From assembly GCA_964016885.1 (NCBI GenBank), contig OZ024742.1:304296001-304360000 (forward strand): a stretch of DNA of 64,000 nt, in the 5' to 3' direction. The notes below the pieces were generated by a model. It saw only the letters and a list, made by a program, of their open reading frames with translations. It did not search any database and was not told the DNA's origin. The DNA comes from Eledone cirrhosa (Eukaryota). The translations under genes were made by a program, and so were the position numbers. Shown here in pieces: positions 14,726 through 28,798 of this stretch (position 1 is the stretch's first letter; each line of letters starts with the position of its first letter).

Positions 14726-14782
<57 letters not shown>

Positions 14783-15064
14783 CATCAATTATATTATAAA
14801 ATTAAACTATATGCGTGTATGTGAGTGTGTATGTGCACATGTGTGTGTGTCTTTGTGTGTGTCTTTGTGTGTGGTTATTTATCGTGAAATTAATAAACAT
14901 TCGTTGTACTGCCTCTCTGTTTTGTCCCTGTTCAAATTTTTCCATTAAATATATATATATATATATATACATACATAGAAAAAATCCACACAGAAATATA
15001 TATATATATATATATATGTAAGTATATATATATATATATGTAAGTATATATATATACATATACT

Positions 15065-15111
<47 letters not shown>

Positions 15112-15112
15112 T

Positions 15113-15209
<97 letters not shown>

Positions 15210-15629
15210 TTCTGTGTGTATTTTTTCTTTCATCTGTCTCTTTCTCACAAACACTCTCTCTACTGTTCAGCTCTCCCTCCTTCACTCCTCTCACTACCCC
15301 CCCCCCCCCACACACATACACTTAGTCGTTCTTTCTTTCCATCTCTCTCTCTCTATCACTTTAATACTCTCTGATTCTCTCTGATTCTCTGATACATTCT
15401 CTTTATTATACATCTCTCTATCGATTAGTCACTCTTTTGTCTCCATTTCATTTCACCTTTTAATTCTCCCACTACTTCCCCTCACACAAGCCAGTTACCG
15501 TTTTACTGTTATGTTCAGCTATGAAAACTAACTCGTAAATACCTCTTTATAATGATCTTTTGATCTTCACAAACCGCCTTTATTTTCCTGGTTTTGCAGT
15601 GAAGTCACACAGTTTTATTTCGTTCACTA

Positions 15630-15683
15630 ATTATTATTATTATTATTATTATCATTATTATTATTATTAATATCATCATTTAC

Positions 15684-15747
<64 letters not shown>

Positions 15748-16043
15748 ATTATTATTATTACCATCATCATCGTCCTCCTCCCCCTTCTCATCATCATCAT
15801 CATTATCATAATAATAATAATAATAATAATCATTGGAGGTGCTGTTTTATTTTTATTGATTATTGTCATAGTGGTTGTTTTTATGTTCTATGTTTTTTTT
15901 TTGTTATCGTTTTGTTTTTTTCTTTTCTGTGTTAAATTCCCTCCTGTTCATGTCCTTCTTAATATTGTTTGCTAGTTCAAAATTATTGATAATATCATCA
16001 TTATCATGATTTGCATTAGTAATATATTTCATTATGGCGGATA

Positions 16044-16095
<52 letters not shown>

Positions 16096-16160
16096 GCTGC
16101 TGCTGCTGTTGTTGTTGTTGCTCCTGCTACTACTAATAATACTACTACTAACTGCTGCTG
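15630..16160. repeat. Trinucleotide microsatellites (ATT)n, (CAT)n, (CTA)n
   Basis: Directly visible tandem runs. Confidence 0.95.
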
Positions 16161-16183
16161 CTCCTACTTCTACTTTTAATAAT

Positions 16184-16365
16184 AATTGTTTCTACTTTTG
16201 GCACAAGGCCAGCAATTATCCCAGTGTACTACTGGTACTTTATTTTATCGACCCCATAAGGATGAAAGGCAAAGTTAACCTAGGCAGGATTTGAACCCAG
16301 ATCATAAAGGGCCGTAACTCTTTGCTGCAAAGCATGGCGTCAGACCCTCTACCGATACTGCCAAT
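16184..16365 (-). mobile_element. SINE, same family as 7577-7763
   Basis: Reverse complement of the SINE head, core and tail. Confidence 0.85.
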
Positions 16366-16396
16366 CCAAATAGCAATAATATTGATGATGGAAATG

Positions 16397-16544
<148 letters not shown>

Positions 16545-16655
16545 CGGAGGAGTTGTGGTAAGGAACCGGATGGACCATAACGCACAAGAGTACTCAATAC
16601 TAAGTCCAGAAATAGCCATCGAAACGGCTTGAGCTCTGCTGTCAGGGTCATACTT

Positions 16656-16691
<36 letters not shown>

Positions 16692-17624
16692 TGGGGTGCG
16701 TTATTGTGCTTGAATTTGTGCGTTGATTGTGTGCGTGTATTTGTAAACATAATATATAAGTTTTGTGTTATAAGGATCTAATGTGAAATGACATAGTTTA
16801 GTTTGTAACAAAACGTACCCTGTTACATGATAGAAGTGTAATCCTGAAATACAAGATAGGATTAGAAAAAGCTTAACATATTTGTGCTCGGTGTGGTCAA
16901 TTCGAGAGCCTGTTGCCAAAGAGAGAGATTGCCCTTTTCTCTTTCTTTTATAATACCTGGAACGGAAATTCAAGGAATGTTCTAGAAATTATATGGGAAG
17001 TAACTCTAGCTACCTCCCTTTGTTTAGAGAGCGCTACAAGTTCAATAATGTATGACAATCTCTGATGACACCGGGATAGGTAGTATCAATGTTTAATATC
17101 TTTGAGTCAATTCTCTGATTACAATATATAAACACATCTAATGAGAGTATTTCCCTCTTTATCATTTCGTCCATTCTAATTTTGTGCTTATCTTGACAAA
17201 ACCTCTGGCAGAAGAGTAAAATGTTTTAACTACTTCGTTTGTCAAGTTTTACAAAATGCATTCATATTCACTCACACACATATATCTATACATTTATTTA
17301 TTTATACATATATATATATATATATATTAGAATTGTTGCTCTGAAATAGATATATATATATGAATGTATATATAGTGTATTTTGCAATACACTGTATGCT
17401 TAATTAAAAGCATTTCGAAGACCTTACGCTATTGTTTTAGAGTAGTGACAGTCTCACTTATTTTAAATTTTCAGTAAACAGACAGACACACACACACACA
17501 CACACACATACACACACACACTCATATATATATATATATATATATAAATATATAGGTAAGTTATTCCGGGTTGAATCGGAGGTAACCACAGTAAGGAAGG
17601 TACTCAATACATAGCAGAGTATAA

Positions 17625-17761
17625 AAGTTTTAATATAGATGAGATTCTACAGGACTAGAACTGTTTCATTCTTTAGAAATCATCAGGAATTTGGCGGTCC
17701 TGATGATGTCTAAAGAATGAAACAGTTCTAGTCCTGTAGAATCTCATCTATATTAAAACTT
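17625..17761. repeat. Fold-back cassette carrying a hammerhead core on each strand (family A)
   Basis: Arms 17625-17688 and 17698-17761 are near-perfect reverse complements. Each reads CTGATGA-tttctaaagaat-GAAA-CAG ttctagtc CTGTA-gaatct outward. Confidence 0.85.
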
Positions 17762-17847
17762 ATATATATATGTATATATATAAGTTTATATATATATATA
17801 TATAATGATATTAAATAAATGGAAACTATATTTATGAAACCATATTT

Positions 17848-17906
17848 ATTCTATTATATATATTTCAAGAGTACCAAAATGTTGGTACGCTGTCATCAGA
17901 TAAAAT
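17848..17906 (-). ncRNA. Type I hammerhead ribozyme (family B)
   Basis: Minus strand: ATTTTAT-CTGATGA-[cagc GTACCAA catt TTGGTAC tctt]-GAAA-T atat A-TA-ATAGAAT. 7-bp stem I, palindromic stem III loop, AUA triplet. Confidence 0.75.
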
Positions 17907-17970
17907 ACGAAGTGTGTTTTATAAATTTTGGCATAACCAAGGAGAATATACCTTAACGGTTCAAGTTATC

Positions 17971-18054
<84 letters not shown>

Positions 18055-18405
18055 GCATCTATATAATGATGATCAATGAAAAAATAAAAGGATTAATATA
18101 ATTACTACACTGCTTTATTATCTACTACGTTTATTCTAGACGTGTATGAGGGTTCCCACAATCGAACGACTTTCTACCGATTTACAACACAGTTCAGGCC
18201 TATATAGAATTCTAAGATAGTTAAAATTCTTAACAGGACAAGGCAAACTGATCTTCTGTATAAAAATATATCAACATACACATACAAACACACAACAATA
18301 CACACACACACACACTGACACACCCACTGAAAAGAAGATGATCTGAGAGAAATAACGGATTGACGCAATGAATGACGTATGCATCTCCCCCCCCCCACAC
18401 ACACT

Positions 18406-18516
<111 letters not shown>

Positions 18517-19101
18517 TATATATATATAGGTATATATATATATACATATATATGCATATATATATAAATACATATATATATATATATAGCCATGTATACA
18601 TATATATATATATATATAGGTATGTGTATATATATAAATCCCTTTTTTATGTACCTAGTTTGTAGCCTAGTAAAAATATTTTACTGATAGAACATATATT
18701 TCATGTTTTCATATAAATGCATACATATAAACCTCAACGTCCCTCTCCCTCATATGCTCCTCTCACTCTCTCTCTCACTCTATTTATATATATATATATA
18801 TATATATGTATGTTTACATATATACATATATATATATATATTTGTTTATTAATATATTTACATATGCATACGTATATGTGTGTGGGTTTGTGTATGTGTT
18901 CCATATAGATACTTGCAAGGGCGGGGGTATAAAGTCTTAAACTGGGTGGTTATATCTCTGTTTTGAGCTTATGGGAGATCATAACAATAACAAAAACAAC
19001 AAAACATGGCAGGAAATTATAATGCATCCTCCTAATAAAAGATGTAAATATTTAATACTTAAAACCTACAGTAACATAACATAATAAAAGAAGAAATATT
19101 C

Positions 19102-19150
<49 letters not shown>

Positions 19151-19220
19151 CATACATAGGTATACATATATATGCATTGGTATACATATATAGGTATACA
19201 TATATATGCATATATATATA

Positions 19221-19296
<76 letters not shown>

Positions 19297-19411
19297 CACA
19301 CAAATATATATACAAACTTTTACATATATATATACATATATATAGGAATTTAAAATAGCAGTGATCAAATAATGAAAAAAACAACATAAGGCATTATTAA
19401 TAACTAAAAAA

Positions 19412-19504
<93 letters not shown>

Positions 19505-19651
19505 TTTCCAACCATAAAAATGACAATAACAATATATTAATAGTATTGTCAGTAATAGTATTGATAAATAATGATAAAAATATTGAGAAAGAAAAATAAC
19601 ATTGATACTATTAAAACGACATCAACAACAACAACTACAACCATAATAATG

Positions 19652-19692
<41 letters not shown>

Positions 19693-19713
19693 CATAATAA
19701 TAATAACAACAAC

Positions 19714-19776
<63 letters not shown>

Positions 19777-20329
19777 TATAATAATAATGATGATGATGAT
19801 GAAATAATAATAATAATAATATAATATATATATATATATTTAGACGAGGTTAATATACCTTTTAAAAGCTTATCGTTTGGCTTTTTAATAACTCAAGGGA
19901 CAATGCGATGTATATAGCGTGTCAATAAAGAGGTGTTTAAGTCTTTTGAAGACAGCTATGTAATATACACAGCAAAGTTTAACACTAACTACAATAGGGA
20001 AATATTATGGATTGATAGAAGGCCTCATTTGAATAATATTGGGAGATATTCTTGATCATTTTCCGTTTAGTAGAAGTTATTGTTGTCGTTGATTATTTTT
20101 TTATTCGCCTTGTTCTCTATATTATTCATGTTTTATTTATTATCTAGCATACGAATTGTGTTTGTTGCCATTGTTGTTGTTGTTGTTGTTGTTGTTGATG
20201 CGTTTGATGAGTCTAACGACGATGATGATGGTGACGGTGGCAGCAGTGTTGAGAATATCTGTGTTATCAATATGTTTTCTATATTCTGTTTTCCTTTATA
20301 AGTATATATATATATATATACATGCATAC

Positions 20330-20423
<94 letters not shown>

Positions 20424-20430
20424 CATACAT

Positions 20431-20483
<53 letters not shown>

Positions 20484-20494
20484 TACATATTATA

Positions 20495-20596
<102 letters not shown>

Positions 20597-20724
20597 TATA
20601 CACACACACAAACACACACACACACACAAACACATGTATATATATATATATACATATATATATATACATTTACATATATATATAAGTTTATATATATGTG
20701 TTTGTATATATATATTTGTTTGTA

Positions 20725-20789
<65 letters not shown>

Positions 20790-21444
20790 CAGTAGTGTGT
20801 TGAATTATTTCGTAAACATATAAAGGAAACAGAGTGCTCTATGTCGTATACAGAGTTGATATACGCGTACATACGTAGGTACACAAAACCTCAAAACATA
20901 TATCAAATCTGTACCCGTACACACGTACACAGACGCACGCACATGCGCACACGAACATGCGCGCACACACACACACACGCACATAACACACACACGCACA
21001 CACACATATGGGGAGAATAGATCGTTAGTCAGGGAGCGATCACATTGAAAGTACCACAATATATATATCATATACATGTGTATTAGGATTAATGCACGAT
21101 TACGTTCGTTGACATACTCGTACACTCACTTGCTCGTGAGTATGCATGTTCTTGTTTACTGTTTTAACCCCACTTTGTAGAGCGTTATGCACTACTCTCA
21201 TATATACATACATTTGCACGAACACACATACACTGTCAGACGTGCACTCACATATACACACATACACACATACGTATATATTGCAAACATGACTGTCACC
21301 ACAGAATGTGAACCTGAAGATTGCGAAAGCATGAAAGTACTTGCTCAATTAACACTTAACATTCTATTTCATTCTAATACCATTATAAATTTTAAAGGAT
21401 TGTAAATAAAACGAGTAAATCAGACAAAGTTGGAATTCCTTTTA

Positions 21445-21484
<40 letters not shown>

Positions 21485-21569
21485 GAGAGAGAGTGAATGA
21501 ACAAATAAGAGTACAATTAATTAATTTACTGACAATTTGATGGAGAGTGCGTACATAATTTATTTCATA

Positions 21570-21630
21570 TAGAAATACGTACTACAGGTCTAGTGTTATT
21601 TCATTCCATTGAAATCATCAGGAAGGTTTA
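21570..21630 (-). ncRNA. Diverged family-A hammerhead motif
   Basis: Minus strand CTGATGA tttcaatggaat GAAA taacactagacctGTA, homologous to 17644-17690 and 54910-54960. Confidence 0.5.
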
Positions 21631-21995
21631 TTGGATTTATGATAATAATGATGTGAAAATGTATCTAATTTATATTATATATACATTTATATTATATATC
21701 CATGCATATTTATAGTACACAATGCAGAAAATTGATTCATTTAAAATAACTTATAGTTTTTTTGTTATTAATAAATGTCTGCTAAATGTATGCTAAAATT
21801 GCACAGCATAACCATAAATATAACAATGGAAAGTACACCTTTCTGAAGTCCATGATAGTGGAAACCGATGGCGCTAAAACACACAAACAAACCAATATTC
21901 TATTTGCAACACCCTTTCAATTTGTATCAACTATTGTTCTTTCGTTGCGTTTACGGATACATACGTACCAACATATATACATATATATATATATA

Positions 21996-22702
21996 GAAAT
22001 GCCTATGATGGTTGGAAGATCACTGATGAAGGACAAACTTTTTTCATATGTAACTCATTTGCAACTCCGCAGCGCCCTTATTATCATATTTACACATATT
22101 TTTTCCTCTGCTGCTACACGTCTTTTTCGTTCTATGTATCTTTACCCTTTCTAGCAGTCTCTCTCTGTTAGCCTCTTCCTCACCCTTCACTCACTCATTC
22201 TCTGTCACTACCTCTCCTCCTCCTCTTTCTTCCCGTTTGACCTGTGTGTAATTCTTTTCTCTCGCACGCTCGGCCAACCTGGTCCGAATTTAATCTCTCT
22301 CTCGTCTACGATTTCACAGAACTTATGTTTACCGAATTCGCAGACCAGACCCCTTCTTCCTCCCGTTAGACCTGTGCGAAATTCCTTCCTTGCTCACATT
22401 TCAACCAGGTTTGATGGTCTTTATTCTCTCGTTCACAATTTCACCGAATTTAAATTCATAGAAATCTGGGACTTGTCTCTTTCTTCCTTACTTTCTGTTG
22501 CTTCACCATTTTGTTTGTTTACCCTCGCGTCCCCTTTATTTACGTGTCCCAACGACTTTTTTTAGCCGTTGCTCGCACCAACCGGAGGTATATGGTTTTT
22601 AAAGCGATGAAATGCCTATGATGGTTGGAAGATCACTGATGAAGGACAAACTTTTTTCATATGTAACCCATTTGCAACTCCGCAGCGCCCTTATTATCAT
22701 AT
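21996..22702 (+). mobile_element. 707-bp non-coding element with 94-bp terminal direct repeats
   Basis: 21996-22089 and 22609-22702 are identical except one base. Flanked by (TA)n on both sides. Confidence 0.75.
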
Positions 22703-22714
22703 ATATATATATGT

Positions 22715-22798
<84 letters not shown>

Positions 22799-22924
22799 AT
22801 ATATAAGCAAGTATTTCACCAAGAAAAATTTAAACATCGGCGAGAAATGAGGATAGGAATTTATTTGCTTTAACATGTTCCTCCGTCTATTATAATTGTC
22901 TACATATGCTGACTACAATATATA

Positions 22925-23012
22925 TTGTTTCTACTTATTGCACAAGTCCAGCAATTACCCAATGCATTACTGGCACTTTATTTTATCGACCCCGTAAGGA
23001 TGAAAGGTAAAG
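22925..23012 (-). mobile_element. Partial SINE (3' half)
   Basis: Reverse complement of the SINE core and tail. Confidence 0.7.
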
Positions 23013-23499
23013 TTTCAATCATATGCAATACTTAATTATATATCACAATTCATCAGAAAGCTCATAATTGTGGAAATGACTATTCACTATATGGTAGAAT
23101 TCACGAATGGGATTTTCCTTTAAAAAAATATAAGTCAAAATGACAACATAAAAATCAATAAATTAGTGTGATAGTAGAAAGTGTTCAGAGGAAAGTGACT
23201 GGGGGTAAAGAGTTTCACGTTATCAATCTGTGTGCTGTGATGTGGAACAATTATTCTATGGGTGGGTAAAGGTTTTGATGTTTGCCACATATGGTCGAGA
23301 CGGTAGAGAATGTATAAAGAGAAGGACAGAGAAGGAGAGGGTAGAAATTAAGAGTTGAGTACAGTGGATAGGGAGGAAAAAGAGTTAAGAAATTGAGATT
23401 GTTTTTAATAATACTGAATTCTTTGGGTGGGTGTGAAAAGTTCAAAAGGAAATGTAGTGAATATGATGTAGTAATATCTAAGTATTAGGGAACGAATTT

Positions 23500-23920
23500 G
23501 GTTCTAGTCCAGTTTGTATTTAGCGAATGTTTTTAGAACCTTGAGTTTGCAATTAAATATCCTTTCATGCCGGGAATTTAGAAGGTCCTTTCCGTTCGCT
23601 ATTTCAATTACCTCCGCCAAACATTATTCACAGGGGCGTCTTTCATTCCGGTATGGATGGGCGAATCTCCGCACGGACCATTGTGTATTCAATATTAGCG
23701 CGTTTAATAACATAGATATTTTTCGGTAGGGCCGTAGAGCAAGCTAAACTGGGGTTTTTAAACGTGTGGATGTGTACATACCATTTTCATGGTAAGATAT
23801 TCGAAGTGACACTCACATATTTATATATTCCCAGTTTACATTTGAACACTCATTGATAAATGATATTTTTGAACAAACATTTGTCCGATATTGGTCTGCC
23901 CGGAATAACACGGCCAACAC
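23500..23920 (-). pseudogene. PLE GIY-YIG endonuclease 3' fragment (Cys-rich type)
   Basis: Minus-strand translation across frameshifts gives PISDKCLFKNIIYQ..YKYV..HIHTFKNP..CE.CLAEVIEIANGKDLLNSRHERIFNCK, homologous to the EN at 40016 and 59970. Confidence 0.7.
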
Positions 23921-24078
23921 TAGAACCGGACAAGAAACCACACACATGCTACAACTGCAGAAAACCCAGCAATTGTCCGTTGTCATCGAGTCAAACTCTC
24001 TGGTAAGCAGTGTTCTTGTTTAAGCATTCATTTCCGATATACATAAACAAAACCCCTTATCATACTATATATATATAT

Positions 24079-24660
24079 AAAGTGAAAGAGTAAAGTATAA
24101 CATGGTCGGCTGTACACCAACATTTCGCCTATCGTATATCGCATTTCTGTTCATGTTATTGTTATCATTACTGTCATTACTATTTTACACATCCCCCAAC
24201 TCATCACTATAACTTCGACAACCACCACCACTACTACTATTATCAGTAACCGTATCTTTTAATATTTTTTTTATTTTTGTTTTTGTTACTGTTTTCATTT
24301 GTATCTATAAATACCAGTGTCCTGTGTTACAACCTTCAGTATTCCGATGATTTGATCAGAGACACACACTAATTAAGATCGAGCGACGTAACTTCTAGTG
24401 TTCAGCGGCCTTTAGACTCAAGTGATTAATAAAACACTTGTTAATACTGTAAATACACCCTTTTTGTACAGCCGACCATGTTATTTTTTACTCTTTCACT
24501 ATTATAAATCCAAGAACCACCTGCATGGAAATTCTCTTAAACTGGCCACCCAACTAAGGAAACTTCTTGAGTCAAACAACGCCGAACGTTAAAACTATCC
24601 TCAACACAGAGTATTCACAACCTCTAATTGGATTACCTTAAACGATACCTTGTTATCCTA
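24079..24660 (+). mobile_element. PLE 3' terminus (pLTR) with inverted 5' end and long-stem-II hammerhead motif
   Basis: 24079-24112 is the reverse complement of 24466-24503. The region is homologous to 46740-47044. Hammerhead-like motif at 24337-24449. Confidence 0.7.
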
Positions 24661-24664
24661 TATA

Positions 24665-24818
24665 TATAAAGTTTAATATGGAAATAGTTTCTACAGCACT
24701 AGAACTATATCATTCGAAAGAAATCATCTGATGATTTCTTTGGTATGAAACAGTTTACACTCTAGTACTGAATTGAATACCTCAGTTACTGTGGTTACCA
24801 CCGATTGAACCAGGTACA
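24665..24818. repeat. Diverged family-A fold-back hammerhead cassette
   Basis: AAAGAAATCATC-T-GATGATTTCTTT fold-back centred on the CTGATGA core. The tail TTACTGTGGTTACCACCGATTGAACC is homologous to the reverse complement of 17567-17595. Confidence 0.65.
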
Positions 24819-24855
24819 CACACACACACACTTACCCCCCCCCCCCCCTTCCTCC

Positions 24856-24937
<82 letters not shown>

Positions 24938-25005
24938 GAGAGAGTAAGAGAGAGATATATAAAAATACTTATATAAATACATATATAAACAAGAGATTAT
25001 ATATA

Positions 25006-25063
<58 letters not shown>

Positions 25064-26580
25064 GAGGAGAGAGTAAGAGAGAGATATATAAAAATACTTA
25101 TATAAATACATATATAAACAAGAGATTATATTCGATATTTTCTCTATGACTTGGGTATTACTCCATAGTGTTGGAATCAAAGTGCAGTCAACGTAAAGAA
25201 AATCCCAAAGGAGAATGTGTAAATGAATTCGAAAATTTATAATGATCATGAAAATTAATTGAAACAATCTGGAAGAAACGGCTATCAGTTTTCATGAGAC
25301 GAATACACTAGTAATATTATAAAAGAAACTTAAATTTCAAAGAGATGAAAGCCATTGATGATGAAACGGCTTTCAGTGACCCAAATACTGATTCACAAAT
25401 TAATCCAACGAACAGACTTCTGACAATAATATTTATTGGAAGTGAATACTTCCAAAATTAGAAAACGATATAATGAATTTATTCACAATAGTTGTGGACT
25501 TTGGTGTGTAAGATTTGATAGGTTACTTCAGTTTAGAAAGTCAAGAGATGGTATATTTTGTATAGTTAATGAATATTTTATTGATAATGAAATTATTTGA
25601 AGCAATTCAAAAATATGTTACACAGTGTTTAAAAGGGAAAATTTCAATATATTTTAATGAGCAATTTATAAAGCCGTGTAATTATTTTTCTTTTTAGTTT
25701 TTGTCTTGAACGCCACGTATCTAACACATCTGAGGTTAAGACATGGAGAATAGCATAATTAGTTTGTGAATAGAGCAAACGAATGAAGTAATAGCATAGC
25801 ATGGCGATATTTCATTGTTCCAGAAGAAGAAATTCTTAATATATCCCCCAGATAGTGATGTGGAAGATATGCAGAAAAAAGCTCTCCACCTCCTAATCCG
25901 TCCCGCTTGACCTGAATGGTAGCTAGTTCGGTTGCCATGGATGCCAAATATTTCCACTGCAATGAGTATTTAAGGAGAAACCTATCAGAGAAAGAAGCCT
26001 GTACTTACCTGAGTTATTATTCATTGATAGAACACTGCAACAGAGATATTTTAAGTCAGTGACCTTTCAAACCGTTGTCCATGTTACGACACGAATATCT
26101 CCTAAGTTCTAAACAAACGTCAATTAAATTTACATTAACATCTCAAATTAATTCCCTCACAAGGATTTTTTCTTGCGGACTATGGTTCCAATGTTCCATG
26201 GGAAGTTATAAAACGTACACGTGCTGCCCTCCTTTACATTTCTACTTAATTTCCTGTCAGACACACTACATAAAATTCATATCAAATGTCAATACAGTAA
26301 ATTCCTTGTACAGATCAAACGTCTTTGATTATTCTTGCAATTATTCTTACACAAGCCTCTGTCTCATTTCATATAAATTTCTCAGTGAATTTGGGGTTGA
26401 TGTCCTGCCAAACGTTGATAAAATACACGTGGTTCTTTGAAAATATTGTTCTATAATTGATGTGCTCTATCGCAGCTGATATATATATATATATGTAGAG
26501 GTTATATTTAATTTGTTGGGATACAACAAGCAAAATATTTTTATAACTGATATACAGCACTCAACAAATTATTGGAGTAA

Positions 26581-27069
<489 letters not shown>

Positions 27070-27227
27070 CAGAGAGGGTGTCGTACGACAGCAGGTGAAC
27101 CATAACGCACCAGTGTACTCAATATTTAGGATAGTGGTGTGGGTAATAGGAGAACAGTTCGGATCATGCTGTCGAAACGGCCGGAGCTCAGCCGTCGGAG
27201 TCCTGACTCTTCTCTCTCTCTCTCACC

Positions 27228-27287
<60 letters not shown>

Positions 27288-27393
27288 ATATATATATATA
27301 TATTTATATTGATAGATAGATATTTGTGTGTGTGATGTGTGCCTGTGTGTTATCAGGTGTGACAGGTGGCTGTAGTGGGGTAGAGTGTAAATA

Positions 27394-27698
27394 GAATCGA
27401 AGTTAGTGCTGCAACATATGTACAAACTTTATTGGCATATTACAATTGTTTCGATATCGATCAGATCAGGATACATGATGACCGGGGTCCGACGCTTTTT
27501 CTACATTTTCTCAGTTATGGGAAATTATATGAGCAAAGACATGTTTAGATGTCTCTGCACATCACAACTCGCATATCCAAGATGTCGAAGACGAGTCGGA
27601 CCCCAATCATTATGATTGTTTCCTGATCTGATCGATATCGAAACAATTGTAATATGCCAATAAAATTTGTACATATTCTGCAACACCAACTTCGATTC
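27394..27698. repeat. Fold-back cassette (~100-bp arms) with degenerate hammerhead
   Basis: 27394-27494 vs 27593-27698 are inverted. GCATAT-ccaa-GATGTCGA...TCGATATC-GAAA-CAATTG-TA-ATATGC at 27571-27657. Confidence 0.75.
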
Positions 27699-27714
27699 CA
27701 GTCTTTCTCTCTCC

Positions 27715-27762
<48 letters not shown>

Positions 27763-27849
27763 CCCTCTCTCTCTTTCCTCTCTCTCTTTCTCTGTCTATC
27801 TCTCTCTCTTTCTCTTTCTCTCTCTCTCTCTTTCTCTCCCCCACATCTC

Positions 27850-27924
<75 letters not shown>

Positions 27925-28326
27925 TTCTCTCTTTCTTTATATATATGTCCTCAAGTCCTGGATCTCGTTCTTCCTTGTTAATAGTATTCGAAAAGGAGGA
28001 GAATATATACTGTGTGGTTAATTTTACTCCTAACATTACAGTAGCTTTGTAACCGTGTATGTCAATGGCAAGTTTAAGAAGAATATATTGCTGAAGCAAA
28101 CGAAATGACTTTATCCAGGTTTTCATGTTTGGTTATGTATAACATGTACAATGTTTTGCTGCATAGTTTAATTTGGATCCGAATATAGCTTATTGCGTTA
28201 ATTTAATATATTTATATTAATGGTGCTGTAAATGTCGTTAGTTATTGCAGTGGCTGTTGTTGTGTATCTCCACGCTCGCCCTGATCGAACAGTATTCTGA
28301 TTCAAAACTAACCGAACATGGATACG

Positions 28327-28395
28327 CCTCGTCGAAGCACCTCGTCGAAGCACCTCGTCGAAGCGCCTCGTGGAAGCGTCAGGTGGAAGCGCCTC
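28327..28395. repeat. 13-bp minisatellite (about 5 copies)
   Basis: Unit RCCTCGTCGAAGC repeated, degenerating toward the 3' end. Confidence 0.85.
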
Positions 28396-28587
28396 CTCTA
28401 GATTGATCTCTACAGGAATAAAAGGTCTCCATAAGGTGGCTACAATGCATTATCAAATATATATTGATGGATCATATAGAATGCAGCCCAATCTACATAT
28501 ATTGCATGCTCTCTACTATCCAATATGGTGTAGATAATGTCGTGTAACGATAGCATGTTTATTATTTGGTTATATAAAGGACTGTGT

Positions 28588-28798
28588 ATTGGCAGCATCG
28601 GTAGAGAGTCGGACACAATACTTTGCAGAATAGAGTTACAGTCCTTTACAGTCTGAGTTCAAATCCTGCCGAGGTCAACTTTGCCTTTCATCATTACGGG
28701 GTCGATTAATAAAGTACCAGTAACGTATTTGGGTCGATTTAATCGACTTTCCCCTTCCCACAAATTATTGGCTATGTGCCTATACTAGAAATCATTAT
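28588..28798 (+). mobile_element. SINE, same family as 7577-7763 (longer tail variant)
   Basis: Head TTGGCAGCATCGGTAGAG, B-box GAGTTCAAATCC, core GCCGAGGTCAACTTTGCCTTTCATC. Confidence 0.85.

Noticed and set aside
28327-28395. Short GC-rich repeats as a CRISPR array
   Set aside because: Contiguous 13-bp units with no spacers, no cas genes and a eukaryotic context.
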